NCBI GenBank assembly: GCA_963704905.1
Contig: CAVPHZ010000002.1
Span: 203,011 to 267,010 of the forward strand
Source of the DNA: Candidatus Chisholmbacteria bacterium
Lineage (GTDB): Bacteria; Patescibacteriota; Microgenomatia; UBA1400; Chisholmbacteraceae
Reading direction: 5' to 3'
Length of the DNA: 64,000 bases
Under the pieces are notes generated by a model. The model was not told where the DNA came from, made no database searches, and saw only the letters and a list, made by a program, of their open reading frames with translations. Positions within the stretch are counted from its first letter, which is position 1. Each line of letters starts with the position of its first letter. Positions 57,914-64,000 of the stretch are shown here, one piece after another. The translations under genes and the position numbers were made by a program.

Positions 57914-59089
57914 ATGTCGAGTAATCAAAATCACAAAAACGACTTGTTTTCCAGAAGGGTTGATAAAATTCTCCCGACAATGAAAGGTCTCCGATCACTC
58001 ACCAGCAAACGGAAGATCCGTCTCTATCAAGGTTTCGATCCAACCGGGTACAGACTCCATCTAGGCCATACCATCGGTCTTCGCAAGCTCATGGAGTTTG
58101 CCAATCTCGGACACGAGGTGATCTTCCTTTTTGGAACTGGAACCGTCCTCGCAGGTGATCCATCCCAAAGATATGAAGCTCGAAAGCGCATTGCAGCTGA
58201 GCAGATTGAACACAATATTCAAACCTGGAAAGATCAGGTAATGCCGATAGTAGACTTCAACAAAGTGAGAATGATGTACAACGCTGAGTGGTTATTAAAA
58301 CTGAACCTGGCTGACATTATTGAAATTGCCAGTAACATCAGCGCTGTACAACTATTTAAACGGGATATGTTTCAACGCCGGCTCAAACAAGGAGATACCA
58401 TCTGGATGCACGAAACACTCTACCCCTTATTACAAGGATATGATTCCGTAGCCATGGATGTTGATCTTGAGATCGGCGGAACAGATCAAGAATTTAATAT
58501 GCTCATCGGAAGAGAATTGCTCCAAAAGATGAAAAGTAAGGAAAAGTTCGTCCTAACAGTTCCGATGATTCTTGGAACCGATGGAAAACAAATGAGTAAA
58601 TCCTCAGGAAACTGTATTTGGCTTGACGACTCAGCAGATGACATGTATGGAAAACTCATGAGTATTCCAGATGAACAAATCACTCCCTATATGGAACTTC
58701 TTACTGATATTCCACTTGAAGAGATAAAAACGAATTCCTCTCAGGCGCTCCAAAACAAAAAACGTCTTGCTCTGGACGTGACAACCCAATTTCACGGACA
58801 GCCAAAAGCGTTCGCAGCACATACACAGTTTAAAAATGTTGTTCAAAAAAAGAAGATACCCCAAAAGCTTGAAGAATTTTTACTAAAACATATCTCCATA
58901 GACGACACCATCGTGGACGTTCTGGTAAAAACTAAATGTGTTCCAACCAGGTCAGCAGCAAAGCGTCTTACCCGTCAAGGTGGGGTAGAAGTAGATGGAA
59001 TAAAAATAACTGACCCTACAAAAAAGATAGCACGAACAAAAAATTCAATTCTCAAAGCTGGAAAAAGAAAGTATATTAAATTTATCTAA
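57914..59089 (+). CDS. tyrS: Tyrosyl-tRNA synthetase
   Basis: HIGH-type motif (HLGH), KMSKS-type motif (KQMSKSSG), C-terminal S4 domain; ATG at 57914 gives a ~39-aa lead-in before GFDPTG as in other TyrRS. ORF-track start 57674 overlaps the PBP gene. Confidence 0.85.
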   Translation: MSSNQNHKNDLFSRRVDKILPTMKGLRSLTSKRKIRLYQGFDPTGYRLHLGHTIGLRKLMEFANLGHEVIFLFGTGTVLAGDPSQRYEARKRIAAEQIEHNIQTWKDQVMPIVDFNKVRMMYNAEWLLKLNLADIIEIASNISAVQLFKRDMFQRRLKQGDTIWMHETLYPLLQGYDSVAMDVDLEIGGTDQEFNMLIGRELLQKMKSKEKFVLTVPMILGTDGKQMSKSSGNCIWLDDSADDMYGKLMSIPDEQITPYMELLTDIPLEEIKTNSSQALQNKKRLALDVTTQFHGQPKAFAAHTQFKNVVQKKKIPQKLEEFLLKHISIDDTIVDVLVKTKCVPTRSAAKRLTRQGGVEVDGIKITDPTKKIARTKNSILKAGKRKYIKFI

Positions 59090-59219
59090 CCTATGATCTT
59101 AACCAAGAAAAAAAGACTGGTGTTTAAAATATTGGTTACCATTGCCTCGCTTGCATTGATACTGACTTCACTCCTGCCATTGCTCTACTCCTTCTAGAAA
59201 AACCGCTATTAAAAAAACA

Positions 59220-61253
59220 ATGAAACTCACACTAGACTCACCAGTTAGCGACGTACAAATGGTTGGTCCCGCCTATCAAAGGCGTCTAAAAAAGCTTGAA
59301 ATTAACACAGTGGGCGACTTACTCCTTCACGCACCTCACCGATATGAAGATTTTAGTCAAACATCAGAAATAGCCACTACCCAACCTGGAGAAACAGTAA
59401 CGGTCAAGGCAAGTATTATAGATAGCAAAAATATATTCACCAGATCAGGAAAACAACTTCAAAAACTTCTCGTACAAGACAAATCTGGGCAGCTCACGGC
59501 TACCTGGTTTAATCAACCATACATAGTGAATACATGTAAAGTCGGCCAGCAAATCTACCTGTCAGGCAAGATCGCCGGGTCTCCGCTAAATCGAGAATTG
59601 ATGGCTCCAGCATATGAAATCGTAAAACGCGAAGATCAAACGCCCATACATACAAATCGCATGGTTCCCATCTATCCAGAGACGGAAGGGCTAAGTTCCA
59701 AATGGCTCCGTAGTCGAATCGCCCCACTTATTAAAGATATCACGCCGACCATTGAAGATTGGTTACCTAGGGAAATCCGGCTTCAGGAAGATCTGCCATC
59801 TCTTTCAGAGTCAATCCAAAACATCCACTTTCCCAATAGCACTGCCGGTGCGCACCAGGCAAAAGCAAGATTGGCTTTTGATGAGATGTTTTTACTCCAA
59901 CTCTCCCAACTCAAAAAAAAGAAGGAGTGGAGCACAACCAAATCTGCTCACCAAATAGAATCAAGTCAGCTACACATTCAGGATCTAATAAATCAACTCC
60001 CCTTCAAACTGACCAGCGCCCAGACCCGCGTAACTCAGGAGATACTATCAGATCTTAGTCTATCTCATCCAATGAACCGACTACTTCAAGGAGATGTGGG
60101 TGCAGGAAAAACAATCATCGCTGCAATTGCCATGTTCACAGTCTGGAAAAACGGTGGAAAATCTGCATTCATGGCACCTACTGAAATTCTTGTACAGCAA
60201 CATCTCGACTCACTCCAAAAAGTGTTTGCTCCCTACAAAATCAAGATCGCAATCCTTACCGGAAAAAAGAAAAACATTCCCAAGGATTTCGATATGGTGA
60301 TTGGTACTCATGCATTGCTTTTCAGCTCACTTCAAAAACAAGATCTTTCACTCATCATCATTGATGAACAACACAGGTTTGGAGTCGAACAACGATCTAA
60401 ACTGATTCAGAAAAGCGGCGCTCCTCACCTGCTTACAATGACTGCCACTCCAATCCCACGTTCCGTAGCACTAACGCTCTACGGTAATCTCGATCTCTCC
60501 ATCCTTGATGAACTTCCAAAAGGAAGACGACAAGTTAAAACTTGGGTAGTTCCACCCAAAAAAAGGATCGCGGCATATGATTGGATACGCCAGAAACTTG
60601 AGACGGGAGAGCAGGCATTTATTGTCTGTCCGCTCATCGAAGAATCTGATCATGAAACCATGACTCAGGTAAAAGCTGCAACTCAAGAAATCAAGGACTT
60701 GCAATCTGGCCCACTTAAACATCTGTCCCTTGGATTGTTACACGGAAAAATGAAATCTCAGGACAAGGAAGATGTCCTAAATGATTTCCGTATGAAGAAA
60801 CTGGATGCGTTGATTACCACTCCTGTCGTAGAGGTCGGTATCGATATCCCAAATGCAACCATCATGACTATCGAAGGTGCAGAACGCTTCGGACTTGCCC
60901 AGCTCCACCAATTCCGAGGTAGAGTGGGTAGAAGTAACCTACAAAGTTATTGTCTACTCTTCACTTCCTCTGGAGTAGAGGTCAATCTGCGTCGTCTACG
61001 AGCCATTGAAACCATGCATGTTGGTATTCAGTTGGCTGAATTTGATCTCAAACTCAGAGGCCCAGGTGAAATGTACGGAACCAGACAGCATGGTTTTAGC
61101 CATCTCAAATTTGCCAGCCTTCAAGATGTACAATTGATATCTAGAACAAAGCTCTACGCAAGTAAAATTATAAAAAACGATCCGAAGCTCACTCATCATC
61201 CAAAACTCATGAAACAGGTAATGAAGCTTGAAAATCATTCCCGACCTAACTAA
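59220..61253 (+). CDS. recG: ATP-dependent DNA helicase RecG
   Basis: N-terminal wedge-domain region (GDLLLHAPHRYED), SF2 helicase motifs (GDVGAGKT, DEQHRFG, TATPIPR), C-terminal TRG motif region. Confidence 0.9.
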   Translation: MKLTLDSPVSDVQMVGPAYQRRLKKLEINTVGDLLLHAPHRYEDFSQTSEIATTQPGETVTVKASIIDSKNIFTRSGKQLQKLLVQDKSGQLTATWFNQPYIVNTCKVGQQIYLSGKIAGSPLNRELMAPAYEIVKREDQTPIHTNRMVPIYPETEGLSSKWLRSRIAPLIKDITPTIEDWLPREIRLQEDLPSLSESIQNIHFPNSTAGAHQAKARLAFDEMFLLQLSQLKKKKEWSTTKSAHQIESSQLHIQDLINQLPFKLTSAQTRVTQEILSDLSLSHPMNRLLQGDVGAGKTIIAAIAMFTVWKNGGKSAFMAPTEILVQQHLDSLQKVFAPYKIKIAILTGKKKNIPKDFDMVIGTHALLFSSLQKQDLSLIIIDEQHRFGVEQRSKLIQKSGAPHLLTMTATPIPRSVALTLYGNLDLSILDELPKGRRQVKTWVVPPKKRIAAYDWIRQKLETGEQAFIVCPLIEESDHETMTQVKAATQEIKDLQSGPLKHLSLGLLHGKMKSQDKEDVLNDFRMKKLDALITTPVVEVGIDIPNATIMTIEGAERFGLAQLHQFRGRVGRSNLQSYCLLFTSSGVEVNLRRLRAIETMHVGIQLAEFDLKLRGPGEMYGTRQHGFSHLKFASLQDVQLISRTKLYASKIIKNDPKLTHHPKLMKQVMKLENHSRPN

Positions 61254-61288
61254 AATAAGAGGGTTCAAGCCCAGAATGGAGGAAATCA

Positions 61289-61441
61289 ATGGGAGCACTA
61301 CCAAAAAGAAAACTATCGACTATGCGAAAAGGAAAGCGACGCAGCGGAAAAATTCTAAACAACATCAATCTTATTAACTGTCCTCAGTGTGGTGAAAAAA
61401 AACTTCCGCATCAACTCTGTAAAGCCTGCGGACACAAATAG
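61289..61441 (+). CDS. rpmF: 50S ribosomal protein L32 (50 aa; below ORF-track cutoff)
   Basis: MGALPKRKLSTMRKGKRRSGKILNNINLINCPQCGEKKLPHQLCKACGHK with C-x2-C...C-x2-C zinc ribbon; GGAGG RBS 7 nt upstream. Confidence 0.8.
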   Translation: MGALPKRKLSTMRKGKRRSGKILNNINLINCPQCGEKKLPHQLCKACGHK

Positions 61442-61456
61442 TGATGAGGGGAAACA

Positions 61457-61834
61457 TTGAAAAGAGTAGACGACCCCAGACACAGAAAGCGAGAAGAAGC
61501 AATTAAACAACTTTTCGCAAATAGCTTTAACAGCAATGCGGAGCTTGGCTTATTAGCACAACAAACCATGAGTCTTGTCGGAAAAACCGATGAAATTATC
61601 CGTTCCTGTGCAACCGAGTGGCCAATTGATAAAATTAATAAGATTGACCTAGCCGTCCTTCGGCTGGCACTCACTGAATTACTCAAAACCGAAACGCCTC
61701 AGAAAGTGGTTATCGATGAGGCTGTAGAGCTTGCCAAAACATACGGGAGTGATTCAAGTCCTTCCTTCGTCAATGGTGTCTTAGGAAGTGCGCTCAAAGA
61801 ATTGGAAAATCAATCAGAAAAGAAAGGGAAATAA
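61457..61834 (+). CDS. nusB: Transcription antitermination factor NusB (TTG start)
   Basis: NusB-like helical protein with C-terminal [19 protein letters not shown]...FVNGVL; GAGGGGAAA RBS before TTG. Confidence 0.8.
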   Translation: MKRVDDPRHRKREEAIKQLFANSFNSNAELGLLAQQTMSLVGKTDEIIRSCATEWPIDKINKIDLAVLRLALTELLKTETPQKVVIDEAVELAKTYGSDSSPSFVNGVLGSALKELENQSEKKGK

Positions 61835-61835
61835 T

Positions 61836-62063
61836 ATGAACGAAGAAAAACGTGTGTTAAAGATCATTTCAGATCATTTGGGAGTTTCACCTGATGAGAT
61901 AACCATAGAATCTGAATTACGATCCGACCTGAACGCACAAGATCTGGAAATTGCAGATTTGCTAATGAAAATTGAAAAGGAATTTTCTACACAATTTGCA
62001 CCAGAGGATGTCAGAGAACTCGAAACCATTCGCGATATCATCGATTTAGTGAAGATCAGTTAA
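61836..62063 (+). CDS. Acyl carrier protein homolog with the phosphopantetheine-attachment Ser replaced by Asp
   Basis: Strong ACP similarity (EEKRVLKIISDHLGV...DLNAQDLEIADLLMKIEKEF vs E. coli EERVKKIIGEQLGV...[20 protein letters not shown]); aligned DSL becomes QDL. Located before rnc as acpP is in Bacillus-type gene order. Confidence 0.6.
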   Translation: MNEEKRVLKIISDHLGVSPDEITIESELRSDLNAQDLEIADLLMKIEKEFSTQFAPEDVRELETIRDIIDLVKIS

Positions 62064-62085
62064 AAACTCAGTTAATAAATATTTC

Positions 62086-62769
62086 ATGATTTCAAGCAAA
62101 AATCATAAAAACATTCCAATTCAGAATGATGAGCTGAGAACCAGAGCGTTAACCCATCGTTCATGGTTAAACGAAAATGAGGGTATCAAGGCAAGGTCGA
62201 ACGAACGATTGGAGTTTCTCGGAGACGCGGTTTTGGAGCTCATCGTTACCGAGTATCTGTTTAACAAATTTCCTCTAGAACAAGAGGGAACACTCACCGC
62301 ATATCGTGCATCATTAGTCAGAACTGAAACATTGGCGAAGATAGGAAAAAAATTAAAACTCGGGGAAATGATTCGCTTATCTAATGGAGAAGAGATGAGC
62401 GGTGGACGAGATAACCAAAGTCTACTGGCAAATACATTTGAAGCAATTATTGGGGCAATCTATCTTGAATCAGGAAAGATTTCAGCAGAAACGTTTGTCA
62501 CAAAACATCTTCTTCCAGAGCTTGTACAAGTACGCGAAAACCATTTAGAAAAAGACCCTAAAAGCCTACTTCAAGAAAAAGTTCAATCCGACGGATATCC
62601 AGCTCCTTTTTACAAAGTACAAAAAGAAGCTGGCCCTGATCATGCAAAAACGTTTACCGTTGCCGTGTACATCAATAATAAAAAACTCTCTCAAGGGAAC
62701 GGAAAGAGCAAACAACAAGCACAGCAGAAGGCTGCAGCCCTAGCACTTGAGAAATATAGTCACGACTGA
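62086..62769 (+). CDS. rnc: Ribonuclease III
   Basis: RNase III signature ERLEFLGDAVLELIV, C-terminal dsRBD. Confidence 0.9.
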   Translation: MISSKNHKNIPIQNDELRTRALTHRSWLNENEGIKARSNERLEFLGDAVLELIVTEYLFNKFPLEQEGTLTAYRASLVRTETLAKIGKKLKLGEMIRLSNGEEMSGGRDNQSLLANTFEAIIGAIYLESGKISAETFVTKHLLPELVQVRENHLEKDPKSLLQEKVQSDGYPAPFYKVQKEAGPDHAKTFTVAVYINNKKLSQGNGKSKQQAQQKAAALALEKYSHD

Positions 62770-62783
62770 TACAATTCCAAGTT

Positions 62784-63014
62784 ATGCTAAAGATCAAACT
62801 TTACCCCATGGGAAAAAGGAACCAAATTCAATACCGGATTGTCGTATCCGAGGCGAAAAGCAAGCGTGATGGAAAATATGTAGATCATCTTGGATATTAC
62901 AATCCTCACACCAATCCGCATACAGTAAAACTCGACAAAGATAAGTACAACAACTGGTTAGAAAAAGGAGCGAAACCGACTCAGACAGTTCGTCACCTAG
63001 CTGAAAAAGTATGA
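62784..63014 (+). CDS. rpsP: 30S ribosomal protein S16
   Basis: MLKIKLYPMGKRNQIQYRIVVSEAKSKRDGKYVDHLGYYNPHT. Confidence 0.9.
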   Translation: MLKIKLYPMGKRNQIQYRIVVSEAKSKRDGKYVDHLGYYNPHTNPHTVKLDKDKYNNWLEKGAKPTQTVRHLAEKV

Positions 63015-63304
63015 CCTCATTATTATCCGATATTATCAAAGCCATCGTAGAGTATCCTGACGATGTTTCTATTCAAGAAGACTCTTCTCAAGCCGATTTT
63101 ATTGGTCTTGACCTGTCGGTGAACCCTGAAGATATGGGAAGGGTAATTGGAAAAGAAGGAAAAACAATTGGAGCAATTCGCTCTCTCATGCGTGTCGCAG
63201 GCAGAAAAAAGGGTGTTCGAGTGCGAGTTGAAATTGTGGAACCCAAATCAACTCAGCATCGAGACACAGATGGAGAGAATAAAAATCAAACTGAAACTGA
63301 CTAA
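63011..63304 (+). CDS. KH-domain RNA-binding protein (UPF0109/YlqC-like), typically found after rpsP
   Basis: KH motif VIGKEGKTIGAIRSL; conserved rpsP-KH gene order. Confidence 0.8.
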   Translation: MTSLLSDIIKAIVEYPDDVSIQEDSSQADFIGLDLSVNPEDMGRVIGKEGKTIGAIRSLMRVAGRKKGVRVRVEIVEPKSTQHRDTDGENKNQTETD

Positions 63305-64000
63305 AACGGAGCAAAAAAATCTTCTCTCCCAATGATCTCGCTTGAACGCGTACTTGGTTCATACACCTGAAACTCCTCAAACCTCTCAAGTAGCTCAAAT
63401 TCTGATGCTGAAATGATATCCAAAGCTTTTGAAACAGGTGCGAGTTGATTAGGTAAAGGGACATAGAACAAGAGTAACTCCATTTTTGCTTGCGCTATCT
63501 CACCTCGAAGCTGCTCCTCCGGAACAACTCCACCCCTCCGTCGGGCTACTGGAACCAACTCAAGAGCAGTAATCCGTACAACAGGAGCTACTTGTTGAAT
63601 ATTCTCCAAAAAGTGTGTGACACCATCAATGCTCCCTTCAATTTCAAGTCCTAGCTCAAAACTTTCCAGTTGGGCTGAAACAACCCTATCCCTCGAAGAA
63701 GACGTTGGTTTTGGGGTTGGAGTTGGCCGGGTTTTGGATGAAGTGGATGCTTCAGCTGATTCAGTAGCAATGCTTCCAGGATTCAAGACAATCTCACCTA
63801 GAGCAACCTGAGACTCTCCAGAGAGTCCATTAAGTGCATGGAGCCATTCAATAACTGCCTTTTTTGTTGGTAATACGGTTTCAAGTGTTTCCACCTGTTT
63901 AATGAGAGTATCCTCATCCAAAGACGAAAGCGCTTGGACTTTTTCTTCAAGTTTATCAAGCTCTTTTTGACTTGAAACTAAACCGCTTCTAAGTTCAATA
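63301..64000 (-). CDS. Hypothetical coiled-coil/Pro-Thr-rich protein, 5' end beyond window (open to position 64000)
   Basis: Reading frame remains open upstream through the window edge (the 'M' at 63921 is a TTG); coiled-coil N-region then PT-rich linker. Possibly a pilus/secretion accessory protein but no domain recognised. Confidence 0.35.
   Translation of the reverse strand, partial: IELRSGLVSSQKELDKLEEKVQALSSLDEDTLIKQVETLETVLPTKKAVIEWLHALNGLSGESQVALGEIVLNPGSIATESAEASTSSKTRPTPTPKPTSSSRDRVVSAQLESFELGLEIEGSIDGVTHFLENIQQVAPVVRITALELVPVARRRGGVVPEEQLRGEIAQAKMELLLFYVPLPNQLAPVSKALDIISASEFELLERFEEFQVYEPSTRSSEIIGREDFFAPF

Overview
The window reads as a low-GC (roughly 38-40% by eye) bacterial chromosome segment on a housekeeping backbone. 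The reduced gene set and degenerate lipid genes suggest a streamlined lineage, possibly CPR/Patescibacteria-like (inference). The ORF track counts TTG/GTG as starts; several starts are moved to the first sensible ATG below. All tRNA coordinates are hand-parsed and good to about +/-2 nt.

Backbone genes identified:
- Central metabolism: enolase 3' end, gpmI, an AMP-forming acyl/acetyl-CoA synthetase, 2-oxoacid:ferredoxin oxidoreductase alpha and beta, mgtE, pgk.
- DNA repair: lexA divergent from uvrB, uvrA, uvrC, recG.
- Secretion and cell wall: secG, a PilB/GspE-type ATPase, a class A PBP, a rhomboid protease.
- Translation block in conserved order: thrS-infC-rpmI-rplT-pheS-pheT, then tyrS, rpmF, nusB, an ACP-like gene, rnc, rpsP and a KH-domain protein.
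- Others: myo-inositol-1-phosphate synthase, a FabH-like thiolase-fold protein, a DEAD-box helicase, adk, tig.
- Fourteen tRNA genes, concentrated at 26.7-29.0 kb and 35.1-37.3 kb, interleaved with AT-richer stretches of hypothetical genes that look accessory.

Main candidate for an undescribed system (42.08-47.99 kb): two large uncharacterised proteins (538 and 547 aa) sit with a class I glutamine amidotransferase and a convergent class IV (BCAT-like) aminotransferase. Each large gene is preceded by its own leader-peptide transcription-attenuator-like element, consisting of a short leader ORF, an antiterminator and a terminator hairpin whose 3' strand contains the downstream GGAGG. One leader is rich in branched-chain residues and the other has four Phe in six codons.

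Other observations:
- A T-box-like leader upstream of thrS with the canonical UGGNACC bulge.
- A recurring palindromic 12-mer (ARTGTTTACAYT) and a shared CUGUAAAA 3' trailer around tRNA genes.
- Rearranged tRNA-Gly fragments.
- A long overlap between uvrC and a transglutaminase-like gene.
- An ACP homolog with the phosphopantetheine serine replaced by Asp.
- A GNAT gene bracketed by 26-nt direct repeats.
- Two AT-rich islets bounded by tRNAs.

No CRISPR array, transposase or integrase was seen.
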